Below, one piece after another: positions 1-10,129 of a stretch of DNA of 64,000 bases. The DNA comes from Lytechinus pictus. Taxonomy: Eukaryota. The position numbers were made by a program, and so were the translations under genes. Position 1 is the first letter of the stretch. Each line of letters starts with the position of its first letter. Where the stretch lies: positions 17,982,001 to 18,046,000 of the forward strand of contig NC_087251.1 of the NCBI RefSeq assembly GCF_037042905.1. The letters run 5' to 3'. The notes below the pieces were generated by a model. The model searched no databases, had not been told where the DNA came from, and worked only from the letters and a program-made list of their open reading frames with translations.

Positions 1-440
1 CGTATTTCGAATAAGTAACTACGTATTTCGAATAAGTAACTACGTATTTCGAATAAGTAACTACGTATTTCGAAGTAACTACATATTTTAAATAAGTAAC
101 TACGTATTTCGAATATGTAACTACATATTTCGAATAAGTAAATGCGTATTTGAATAAGTCGAATAAGTATATGTATTTGAATAAGTAACTACGTTTTTCG
201 AATAAGTAACTACGTATTTCGAATAAGTAACTGCATATTTCGAATAAGTAACTATGTATTTCGAATAAGTAACTACGTATTTCAAATAAGTAACTACGTA
301 TTTCGAATAAGTAACAAGTAAGTAACTTCACATTTTGAATAAGGAATAAGTAACTAGCTTCACATTTTGAATAAGGAATAAGGAATAAGTAACTAACTTC
401 ACATTTTGAATAAGGAATAAGGAATAAGTAACTAACTTCA
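1..440. repeat. Minisatellite: ~15 copies of 21-bp CGTATTTCGAATAAGTAACTA, grading into ~39-bp variant units
   Basis: The tandem array is directly visible from the window edge to ~320. Related units (GTAACTAACTTCACATTTTGAATAAGGAATAAG) continue to ~440. Confidence 0.95.
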
Positions 441-559
441 CGGACCTAAAAATGAGAGCGTTCATAAACATTGGTCAAATTTAAATGATAACTTTATGGA
501 AGTTTATATAAGAATGTAAGCTTTAAGAATATAGAAAATATATATGTTCAACATTTTAA

Positions 560-1158
560 AGGGATGGTCCGGGCTGAAAATATTTATATCTAAATAAATA
601 GAGTAAAATTCACAAAGCAAAATGCTGAAAATTTCATCAAAATCGGATAACAAATAACAAAGTTATTGAATTCTAAAGTTTATCAATATTTTGTGAAAGC
701 AGTTATATGCACATCGTCATGAATATTCATTAGGTGGGCTGATGAAGTCATATTCCCCACTGTCCTTTTTCTTATGTTATTAAGTGAAATCATAATTGTT
801 TAATAATTTTCATACATGTGTAAATGATGTGTCTCCATTATGATAAAATAAGATGCGGCAATACATGACTAATGCACTTAATAAGTTGTCAATCCAATTG
901 TTTGAGTTCTTGGTAGAAACATTTTTAATAAACCTAATTTTTATATAATGAAATACAAAAATGACATCATCATCAGCCCACCTAATGAATATTCATGAAG
1001 ACATGCCTAGAACTGTTTTACCGGAATAATGCAAATCTTTAAAGTTAAATAACTTCGTTATTTGATATCCGATTTTGATCAAATTTCGATCATCATTTTG
1101 CTCTGTGAATTTTACTCTATTTATTGAGATATAAATATTTCCAGCCTGGACCATCCCT
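560..1158. mobile_element. Non-autonomous TTAA-specific MITE (Kolobok-like, AGG...CCT termini)
   Basis: Long imperfect TIRs (AGGGATGGTCCGGGCTG... / ...CAGCCTGGACCATCCCT, >100 bp) with TTAA at 556-559 and 1159-1162. Confidence 0.85.
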
Positions 1159-1715
1159 TTAAAGTTGAGGAGTCGAGACTATTTGCTTTAACACTTAAAG
1201 GCCCGAATTCTCGAAGGGTGGCTAACTTAGCCCATGGTGCTAAATCGCGTCATTTGACGTCATTTAGCCCATGGTGCTAAATTTTGCATTTCTCGAAGCT
1301 CGGCTAACTTAGCCCGGGCTAAATCGTGGGCTAAATCGCGTCATTTGACGTCACAAATTTAGCCACCCCTTTGGCCATGGGCTAAATCGTGGGCTAAATT
1401 AGCCCACTGATTTTGACCAATCAGAAAGCAGATTATCAACATGAACAATAATTGTTTTATTTTCTGCATCGCGAGAACGAGCCGACGATATGGACGGGAA
1501 GGGGGTCGTAATGCCGTATTTATCTTCACATCTTCGAACAAAACCGTAAGTATGCATTTTGACGTAAGAGTTTTGATCATTGTAGAGCCTTCGGCTGATT
1601 TTTCATTTATCTGTGCCAACGCGAAATATCAGAATATGATTCGGAATACCTGATGATGCGGAAGTCTTACATCAAGAGTTACAGCATGAAGTAATGACAC
1701 AGTCCCATACGTTCA

Positions 1716-4700
1716 GACGTTCATACGTTTAGACATCAACGAGGTGTCTCCAGAGATGATCCACGATCGTCTTCAGTAATAAAGACAGCTCAAATACAAT
1801 TAACGCTCGGCCTTTAAATATTTTACAATGGAATGCCCAAAGCATGAATGCTCACGGTCCAGACTTTTACAAAGAGCTAATAGAAAATGTAGAATTAAAC
1901 TCCATCCCTGCCTTGATATGTTTACAAGAACCATGGTTCACTGATTTTAATATATTAGCAATTCCAGATTTCATCCCAGTAATAAAAAATAGAGGCCAAG
2001 GAGGAAGAGGAGGAATTGCAATATATGTGCATAAAACAGTTACTTTCAAAGAAGTCAATTTGCCTCAAATCAAGGAATATCAAAGAATTGACATTTTCAC
2101 TTATGACAAGGTCATTTCATTAATCAATTATTATAATCCTTGTCAAAAGATAGAATTGCGAGATTTAGAAAATTTGATTGAAAATTGTTCAAAAAACATA
2201 ATAATTACAGGTGATTTCAATTCACACAACCCTCTGTGGGGTAGCATAAAGCGAGATAGTAATGGGACATTAGTTGAAAACTTTATAACAAAACATGATT
2301 TAGTAGTGTTGAACGATGGGATGCCTACAAGAATGGACATCCATACAGGGACAAGGTCTTGCCTAGACTTAACAATTGCTTCGAAGGAAATCGCCAGCAA
2401 ACTAAAATGGAACGTGCTAGGAAATTTCGGGAGCGATCACAATGTTATCAAGTGCTCACTGCACGAAATAGAATTTGTAGATGATAACATCAATCCTCAT
2501 GAAAAGAATTGGTCCTTCAAGCACGTAAACTGGGAAATATATCGGGAAAGATTGAAGCATAAATTTAGTAAAATAAAGATATTACATTTTTCACATGATC
2601 TGAATATTCAAGATAAGTACAATTTGATTTTGCAGATTATTAACGAAGTGGCAGAAGAAACCCTTCGCAAAGCAGGCAGAAATCGAAAAGCAAAAAACCC
2701 AGTACCTTGGTGGACACTAGAATACCAAGAAGCAATCAAAGAAAGAAATAAATATAGAAATCGATTAAATAGACATTTTAGAAAGGATGACTTGGAAATG
2801 TACAGGAAAAAGAAAGCATATGCTCAAAAAATAAAGAGACGAACACAAAAGGAATACTGGTTAAACTACTGTCAGTCTTTGAGGAGAACATCCAACTTAG
2901 GCAAAGTATGGGATATGGTGAAAGGACTACGAAATGGTTCTGTCTCCAAACATATATTTCCCAATTTATTAACAGGAAACAATACACCAATAGCTAATGC
3001 TCAAGAAAAGGCAGAATTGATTGCTAAGGCTTTTAAAACGATCGACAATCGATTAGACAATGACGAGATTATTAGAAGAAATTCATTTGAAAATTTGATA
3101 CGAAATACGATCGAAGAAAGCTACTCCTCTGAAACACCTCTTAATGATGAATTCACATATAATGAATTAACAAGCGCTGTTAAGGATATGAAAAATTCTG
3201 CAGCAGGTACAGATGGTATCAAGTCAATTATGATACAACACCTACCAAAAATAGCTCTTCAGTTCATATTAGTTTTAATAAACAGTATTTGGAATTCCTC
3301 AATTCTACCCACAGATTGGCATTATTCTACCCAGATCCCTGTACTTAAACCAGGTAAAGATCCAACGAACCCTTCTTCATATCGACCCATTTCCTTGACA
3401 TCAACTCTCTCCAAACTGATGGAAAGAATGGTTAAAAATAGACTCGTATGGTTCATGGAGCGATGCAGTATCCTGACACCAACACAGGCTGGATTTAGAA
3501 AAAATAGAAGTTCTTTAGATCAGCTCCTTAGATTAGAAACAGATATACAGAAAGGATTAGCTAACAAAGAGTATGTTCTAGTTATTTTCATTGACCTTGA
3601 AAAAGCATATGACCTTTTATGGAGAAAGGGAATAGTATTTAAATGTCATCAAGCTGGTATAAAAGGAAAAATGTTACAGTGGATTAATTCATTTTTACAA
3701 GATCGATATTGCAAGGTAAAAGTTGATGGTCAGTTATCTTCACAGTTTGTTCTGGAAAATGGAATGCCCCAAGGTAGTGTGATTAGTCCAATTTTGTTCA
3801 ATTTAATGTTGAATGATCTAAAACTGAAAGAAAAATCTGTAAAAATCTCTATGTATGCCGATGATATTGCCATATGGTGTTCAGGCAGAAATCTTGACTT
3901 TCTACAAAAGAAAATTAAGAAAGCTTTAAAAGAGATTGAACAATGGTGCTCAACCTGGAGTATGATTATATCTCCTCAAAAGTCTGCTGTTATGATTTTT
4001 ACCAATAGGCAGCAAATAGAGGTAAATATTGAGATTAAAGATAAATCTATACCACAATACAAAGAATATAAGTTTCTGGGCATTTGGTTTGATGTGAAAC
4101 TCACCTGGAAAAAGCACATAGATTATATAAAACTCAAATGTTCAAAAAGAATCAATTTGTTACGGTGTATAGCAGGAACGAGTTGGGGAAATAATAAAAC
4201 GATTCTTTATATTATATACAAAGGTCTTATTAGATCCATATTAGACTACGGATGTGAGTTATACGATTCGGCTAGCCTTTCACTAAAACAAGAATTAGAT
4301 TCAGTCCAATATCAGTCACTGAAAATAATAACTGGTGCAGTATATAACCCTGCCCTTGAAGCACTGCAGGTTGAATGTGGTGAACGACCTTTACAACTAA
4401 GAAGAGAACTGTATGTTGATAAATACATGTTTTATCTTTTAACAAATAGAGATACTCATCATCCTACTTTAGAAATTATTGAACCTTCCTGGTATATTGA
4501 TCAATTTACTTGGAAAGTAGGTCATGGACCCTTTGTAGTTAGAGCATGTAAGCCAAATGAAGAAATCCAAATTGAACAACTAAGCCAAAGAATATTACGA
4601 GAACCTTTTTGGTCATATGAAATACCAAATATATCTTACTATATCCATAATGTTATCAACAAACAACGTAACTTAGTACAAGATATGAAAAACTGTGTCT

Positions 4701-5898
4701 TAGAAAGGACACATACAAGATGGAAAGGTTACTTAAAGATCTACACTGATGGATCAAAACAAGAAGACAAGAGAACCGGCTCTGCTTTTTATATACCAGA
4801 ACTGGACATTAAAAAATACTATAGATTAAATTCTGTAAGTATAATGAGAGCCGAATTAACAGCAATTGTAATGGCACTTGATTGGCTAGGAGATAACAAA
4901 GGAATGTCCATCATAATTTTTACAGATTCATTGTCAGCTCTTCAAGCACTCGAAAGCAATCGAATTCAAAACAATCTTATTGTTGATATCTTATATAAAA
5001 TCAAAGTTTTACAATCATCAGATATTTATGTCAACTTTGAATGGATACCATCCCATTGCGGTATTCACGGGAACGAAGTGGCAGACCAATTAGCAAAAAA
5101 AGGAGCATCAAAAGAAGAAGTTGAATTACACATTCCATATATCAAAGAGGAATGGAAAAACCACATGTCTTTGATTTATAAAGAAATCTGGCAGGCTCAA
5201 TGGGCATCCTCATCTAAAGGAAGACATTTATTTAGCATCCAACCCAACGTGGCAGAAACAATTAGTTATCAAGGTCTCATTCGATTTGAAGAGACTATGA
5301 TTCACCGGCTAAGACTTGGAAAATGTAAATTGAATTATTATCAGTATAAATGTAATCAACATGAAAATGGTCTATGTTCACATTGTCAGGTTCCTGAGAC
5401 AATAGAACATTTTTTACTACATTGTAATAAATATGAAAGAGAAAGAAGAACTATGCAAAGAAGCCTGAAATTAAATACGCCAATATCAGACCTAGCAACA
5501 TTATTGGGAAGAAATGCAGATTATAAAGTAATCCTGAATTATGTGAAAAAAACAAAGAGATTCGAATAAGAATATTCCACTGATCTCTCTCCATCTCTCC
5601 CTCTCGCTTCCTTTTGTTCTGAGGATTATATTTAGTGATGTTAATTCTTATAGACTACTAAAATTGTGTTTCGACATAGCTTCTTATAAAAGTTTGCATA
5701 CTATGAAGTACAAAAATGCACAATTTAATGGTGGAGGTAACTAATCTTAATTATATTGCACCTCGCTATATGACAGGTCAGACTAGTCTAACGCCGGCCG
5801 AGGACATTGAAGCGGGAATTAAGCAACATGGAAACGACCTGGCGCAGATAATCTACCAGATTGAAGAGCGCCAACTAAACTCCAACACCAACCAACCA
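1716..5898 (+). mobile_element. 5'-truncated I/Nimb-clade non-LTR retrotransposon (LINE)
   Basis: Intact ORF2. The 3' UTR has a terminal stem-loop (TGGCGC...GCGCCA, 5840-5873) and a (CCAA)n tail. The 7-bp TSD ACGTTCA occurs at 1709-1715 (also at 1717-1723) and at 5899-5905. Confidence 0.9.
1760..5569 (+). CDS. LINE ORF2 polyprotein: AP endonuclease + reverse transcriptase + RNase H + C-terminal CCHC zinc knuckle
   Basis: EN motifs ILQWN, CLQE, GDFNSH and SDH. RT motifs YRPISL, QGSVISP and YADD. RNase H motifs YTDGS, AEL, TDS and HCGIHGNEVAD. C-terminal CxxC...H...C. The frame is open from 1760 and the first ATG is at 1844. Confidence 0.95.
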   Translation, partial: STIVFSNKDSSNTINARPLNILQWNAQSMNAHGPDFYKELIENVELNSIPALICLQEPWFTDFNILAIPDFIPVIKNRGQGGRGGIAIYVHKTVTFKEVNLPQIKEYQRIDIFTYDKVISLINYYNPCQKIELRDLENLIENCSKNIIITGDFNSHNPLWGSIKRDSNGTLVENFITKHDLVVLNDGMPTRMDIHTGTRSCLDLTIASKEIASKLKWNVLGNFGSDHNVIKCSLHEIEFVDDNINPHEKNWSFKHVNWEIYRERLKHKFSKIKILHFSHDLNIQDKYNLILQIINEVAEETLRKAGRNRKAKNPVPWWTLEYQEAIKERNKYRNRLNRHFRKDDLEMYRKKKAYAQKIKRRTQKEYWLNYCQSLRRTSNLGKVWDMVKGLRNGSVSKHIFPNLLTGNNTPIANAQEKAELIAKAFKTIDNRLDNDEIIRRNSFENLIRNTIEESYSSETPLNDEFTYNELTSAVKDMKNSAAGTDGIKSIMIQHLPKIALQFILVLINSIWNSSILPTDWHYSTQIPVLKPGKDPTNPSSYRPISLTSTLSKLMERMVKNRLVWFMERCSILTPTQAGFRKNRSSLDQLLRLETDIQKGLANKEYVLVIFIDLEKAYDLLWRKGIVFKCHQAGIKGKMLQWINSFLQDRYCKVKVDGQLSSQFVLENGMPQGSVISPILFNLMLNDLKLKEKSVKISMYADDIAIWCSGRNLDFLQKKIKKALKEIEQWCSTWSMIISPQKSAVMIFTNRQQIEVNIEIKDKSIPQYKEYKFLGIWFDVKLTWKKHIDYIKLKCSKRINLLRCIAGTSWGNNKTILYIIYKGLIRSILDYGCELYDSASLSLKQELDSVQYQSLKIITGAVYNPALEALQVECGERPLQLRRELYVDKYMFYLLTNRDTHHPTLEIIEPSWYIDQFTWKVGHGPFVVRACKPNEEIQIEQLSQRILREPFWSYEIPNISYYIHNVINKQRNLVQDMKNCVLERTHTRWKGYLKIYTDGSKQEDKRTGSAFYIPELDIKKYYRLNSVSIMRAELTAIVMALDWLGDNKGMSIIIFTDSLSALQALESNRIQNNLIVDILYKIKVLQSSDIYVNFEWIPSHCGIHGNEVADQLAKKGASKEEVELHIPYIKEEWKNHMSLIYKEIWQAQWASSSKGRHLFSIQPNVAETISYQGLIRFEETMIHRLRLGKCKLNYYQYKCNQHENGLCSHCQVPETIEHFLLHCNKYERERRTMQRSLKLNTPISDLATLLGRNADYKVILNYVKKTKRFE

Positions 5899-6064
5899 AC
5901 GTTCAATTTTGTGTGTGACTGACTGACTGTCCTGTGCAGTCTGTCCATACACACTCCAAGGATCACGATCGACCGCGTTCAGAAAAACTGCTGTAAATGA
6001 AGTGAACGGTGTTCCCAATATCATGATAATGTCCTTATAAAGCTTAGATCTGCATGGCATGGGC

Positions 6065-6727
6065 CATTGGATAGGCGGGGGGGGGGGGGGACCTGTCCCC
6101 CCTGAAATGTTTGTTCCCCCCCTAAAATTTAGGTTGATGACTTTTTTTTTTGTTTTTGCTTTTGCTTGTCAAAATTTTTTGCGATCCCCTCCTAAAATTT
6201 AGGTTTATAACCTTTTTTTTTGTCTTGTCTTTCCGTTAATGCCCACAATCATTATTTTGATTATTATGGCATATGAATGTCAATATTGACTTGACCTGAA
6301 TTTTGCCGGGACCGGCAGGTGCAATACACCGGGTGAACACCCTACCGTACTCTTTGACGAATAGTGACGGTGTATTGGATTTAACGTGCATAGGTTGGGT
6401 TTCTCCTATACATGGGACCAACATTTGCGTCCTTTCCGATGGACGGAGTGCTTTCCAACTGCATTCACACCTGCACTGAATACAGTGGTGAGGCACGCTA
6501 ACACACAACGCTAAATAGCATAAGATTTTTTTGTAAGACGCGTTTCGGCATGAGCGGGACTCAAACCCCTCACGAGTCACGTTGAGATCTACGATCTTAT
6601 CCGAAACATGCGCTCTAACCGACTGAGCTACGCTGCCTTTTTTTTGGCTTGTCAAATTTTTTCCGTGTCCATCCAAAAATTTCAGGTGGCCCCCCCCCCC
6701 TTAATTTTTTGGCTTCCGCCGCCAATG
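6065..6727. mobile_element. Degenerate hAT-like MITE (CAT...ATG termini, poly-G/poly-C subterminal tracts) interrupted by a SINE
   Basis: Ends are CATTGG... and ...CCGCCGCCAATG. The internal repeat motif GCTTGTCAAATTTTTT occurs on both sides of the SINE. Confidence 0.5.
6221..6638 (-). mobile_element. tRNA-derived SINE with Deu/Nin-like central domain, copy 1
   Basis: The minus strand begins GGCAGCGTAGCTCAGTCGGTTAGAGCG (A box) ... GGGTTTGAGTCCC (B box). The core TGCACGTTAAATCCAATACACCG...AAAGAGTACGGTAGGGTGTTCACCCGGTGT resembles the DeuSINE domain. It ends in a (GACAA)n tail and is inserted in a T-run. Confidence 0.85.
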
Positions 6728-7341
6728 TAGCTATGGCCATGCTGGCCAGGGCAGGGTTATCATAAATGACTAGGCCTAGAGTATAGTAATTACGGTATGG
6801 CAACTGCAAAACTCACTCGGTCACTGGCATCGCAAAGACAAGCTAAGTAAAGTGACCTGAAAGTTTACTTTAAAGTTTGATGTTTTCTTTATTTCAATTT
6901 TTGAGTCATTACTCATCACTCAATCAATGAACAAGGTCATGATAGAATGATTACTCATTTTTTTGGGGGGCATTCACCCAGGTTAAAAATAGTGGTGGAT
7001 TGATCCACGTGATGGAGCCTGTGTATAAAACTATAAAAAAGAACTGCCCACTCATCAAGTTTTGTCCCCAACCCCTCCCCCCCCCCTCCAAGAAGAAAAA
7101 ATACTGTGACTTTGTGTTTGGGAATGTTGATATTTCTTTGAAAAAAAAATAAATGCACCCGTGAGGCCATGACTCATCATTATAATTTATAGACCCCTGT
7201 ATTTCTTATTTTTTTGTATTAATCTCTTCTATAAAGTTCTAAAACTTATGTCACCTAGTACTGTGTATAGATCTAGATTATTTGGAATGACCTTTGTTTC
7301 TGGGGATTGTTTTCTTTAACAATTTTTTTGTTTACATTGGG

Positions 7342-8520
7342 AGGCAGCGTAGCTCAGTAGGTTAGAGCGCATGTTTCAGAAAAGATTGTAGATCTCAATG
7401 TGAGGGGTTCGAGTCCCGCTCATGGGCGGAAATCTGTCCCGAAAGGTAGGGGGGACAACGGGCTGATCCAGCCTTCGCCAATGGGGGGGGGGGGGGGGGA
7501 TGAAAACATTTTCAGCCATATGTTAATCCCTGATCGGCTGGTTGAAGGTAATTTTTGTCTGTTTCATTGAAGGAGTAGTCCTCATGGTCACTTTTTAGCT
7601 TTATTCTTATAAATCAACATAAATATATGATATCATTGTCCTTATATAATGCTAGCGCGAGCAAAATTTTTTTGGAAAATTTATGTATTTTTTTCCTAAA
7701 ATTTGAACATTCTGGGCAATGTTTGTTATCTTGAAAAAGATGTGTATACAACTGAATATATATTACGACCGCGAAGTGCGAGCAGAGGTTAACTGATGGA
7801 AAAGGTACCTGTTAAAGACTGTTTGCAATTAGCCATGAAGACGTTACATATTTCAACAATCAAATAATGCGAGCGCGAAGCATGTGCGAAAATTTTATAT
7901 AGTGACATGAAAGATTGTTTTTATTTTCCAAGTTTTCCCCTCATCTTATTTTATTCACTCTGGAAAATTTGACAAGCAAAAAAAAAAAAAAAAAAGGTTT
8001 TCACCCAAAATGTAAGGTCATTTAGTCCAAAATACATGTATTATTTCGAATGTTAATGATGCATTTTTCTCCATCTTAAAAGACCAAAAATAGTAGGGGG
8101 GACATTTGATATTGTGTCCCCCCTACTATTTTTGGTAGGGGGGACATATCTCCCCCTGGGATTTCCGCCCATGGTCCCGTTCAAGCCAAAATTTGTCTAA
8201 CAAAAAATCTGATGCTATAGCATTGTGTGTTCCTGTTAGCATGTCTCAGACTCTCATCACTGTATTTAGTGCAGGTGTGAATGCAGTTGGAAAACACTCC
8301 GTCCATCGGAAAGGACCCAAATGTTGGTCCCGTGTATAGGAGAGTCACAACCTATGCACTTTAAAACCAATACACTATTCGTCAAAGATGGGTGTTCACC
8401 CAGTCACGGTATTTATTGCACCTGCCGGTCCCGGCAAAATTCAGGTCATTGAGGTCAAGTCAAACTTGACGTTCATATGCCATAATAATATAATGATTGT
8501 GGACATTAACGGAAAGACAA
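7342..8520 (+). mobile_element. tRNA-derived SINE with Deu/Nin-like domain, copy 2 (split by a MITE)
   Basis: A box TAGCTCAGTAGG and B box GGTTCGAGTCCC. The body resumes at ~8174 and aligns with copy 1 through GGAAAGACAA. Confidence 0.85.
7421..8173. mobile_element. hAT-like MITE inserted just after the SINE B box
   Basis: TIR CATGGGCGGAAATC / GATTTCCGCCCATG. 8-bp TSD GTCCCGCT / GTCCCGTT. Internal GCGAGCGCGAAG-type repeats. Confidence 0.85.
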
Positions 8521-8543
8521 TGCTACCATCAATCATCCCCACT

Positions 8544-8828
8544 GTAGAGCCAAAGAAGTTCAGCGGAACAACCAATATACAGAGAGTAGAGACTGAAATT
8601 TTTGGTCTACCATTTAATTAACATGCAGGTAGACAATTTTGAAGTCATTGTGCATGTTTATTATTTCTATTTGATCCCTAGATCAAATAAATCCCTTTAA
8701 AGTACCAACAGGAGCACACAAAATATTACTATTTGTACTAACAAGTAGATTCTAGATTAGACCAAAAGCGTCAGTCTGCGACTCTATCTATGTACATTGG
8801 TTGTTCCGCTGAACTTCTTTGGCTCTGC
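8544..8828. mobile_element. Fold-back MITE-like element with ~65-bp TIRs
   Basis: AGAGCCAAAGAAGTTCAGCGGAACAACCAAT... is inverted as ...ATTGGTTGTTCCGCTGAACTTCTTTGGCTCT. Confidence 0.75.
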
Positions 8829-10129
8829 TTACCAATTGGGATTATAGTAAAATGTCAGAAATTGTTGAATAAATCCCCCAAAACAACAGTTATTCCTGTC
8901 TAATTCTTGATAAAGATAAATATCATACAGTATTACGATATCAGAATTTATCAAGTCTACTACTGATTGTTATTCATATCATAGTAAGATTTTTATTTCC
9001 TTTTTATTTCTTCATTATTAGGCACTACCTAAGCCACAATACTGAAAATGGCTAATGTTCTCCAACAGTGTCGTCACTCATCATTGTTGAGTATGGAGTA
9101 TGGAAAGAGAGGTTTGTTTCATTTTTTTTTTATTTCATTAATTTTCTAACCATAAGAAAATCTTGATATATCGGTTTCCTATTTTATGCCAACTGTAACC
9201 AATTATATTTTAGGGGCCATCTTTTTTTGTTATCACAATAAATGAAAACCTGTTTGATGGATAACTGTAATCTTATTATTTTACACTTACTGCAGAACAT
9301 ATTAAAGTCATTTGTAATTTCCTTTCCATTATTTTGATTGGGTAGGCAGTTTACCTTTAGAGTGACGATGTTCGGAATATGGCTAAAAAGGTGATGATCT
9401 CGGAATGCATGTCCACAATCCATATTATTTAACTCGTCCACATTTTAAAATTTTACTTTTTACTTTATCTAACCCACAGATACTTGAACATGTTGGAATG
9501 TCACCTTGAGGACCAAGATATGGGGAGAATAATGCTTGAATGGTGCACAGATGAGTCTTTTCAACTCTGGTATGCTTCTCCAAGAAAACGGCCATGCACA
9601 TCACCAGAATGCTAGAACAGGATCAGGGAGTGAATATCTGAGGAAGGGTTCTTTTCCAGTACTTTGATACAATTGTCTTCACTTCATTTGTTTGCTGTTG
9701 GTGAGTTATTTCCCATCTACTTAATGTCCCATGATAATGAGCTTTTGTCAATAGTATGTTGTTTTTTTTTTCCTTAATACAATACAAATCAAACTTATGT
9801 AAAAATAATCCATAATAAAGACAAAATAGTCATAATACATTATGAATACAAAATAACGATGTGAGCTTAAAGCCATCATGAGCGGTTATGCAACTTCACC
9901 CAAGCTGACATGATCTTACTTGTATGTATGCAGTCAACTTGGCCCTTACATACTGTATTTCATCCTTTTTCAGTCCTGTTGTTAGTCAAATTTTATTATA
10001 ATTTGATTCTCTTCATATGTACGATCAGACAATTTTAAAGAGTTAACTGCAAAATTTTCTATTGCAGGAGAAATGAGAAATCGAAAAGAAAATGCATTTT
10101 GCTTCTTCAGGTAAAAGGGGTATTACTAT

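Larger units (their letters stand above)
1484..9690 (+). pseudogene. Degenerate intron-containing Harbinger (HARBI1/ALP1-like) DDE transposase, split by the LINE
   Basis: Removing the LINE rejoins ATG ACA CAG TCC CAT ACG TTC|AAT TTT GTG TGT GAC (MTQSHTFNFVCD, like RMSxxTFxxLCxxL). ~9075-9111 reads SLIIVEYGVWKER (like RxxVExAFGxWKxRF). ~9625-9670 reads G-V-N-I-*-G-R-V-L-F-Q-Y-F, a C-terminal-like motif. There are many stops and frameshifts, and boundaries are approximate. Confidence 0.6.

Noticed and set aside
1..440. CRISPR-like array
   Set aside because: The units abut directly with no unique spacers, the context is eukaryotic, and there are no cas genes.
1640..1680. Hammerhead ribozyme near the LINE 5' end (CTGATGA)
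   Set aside because: There is no appropriately placed GAAA core or stem II pairing.
7342..7425. Functional tRNA gene (also 6560-6638 and 43250-43326)
   Set aside because: A and B boxes are present, but the cloverleaf is irregular and continues into a SINE body shared between copies.
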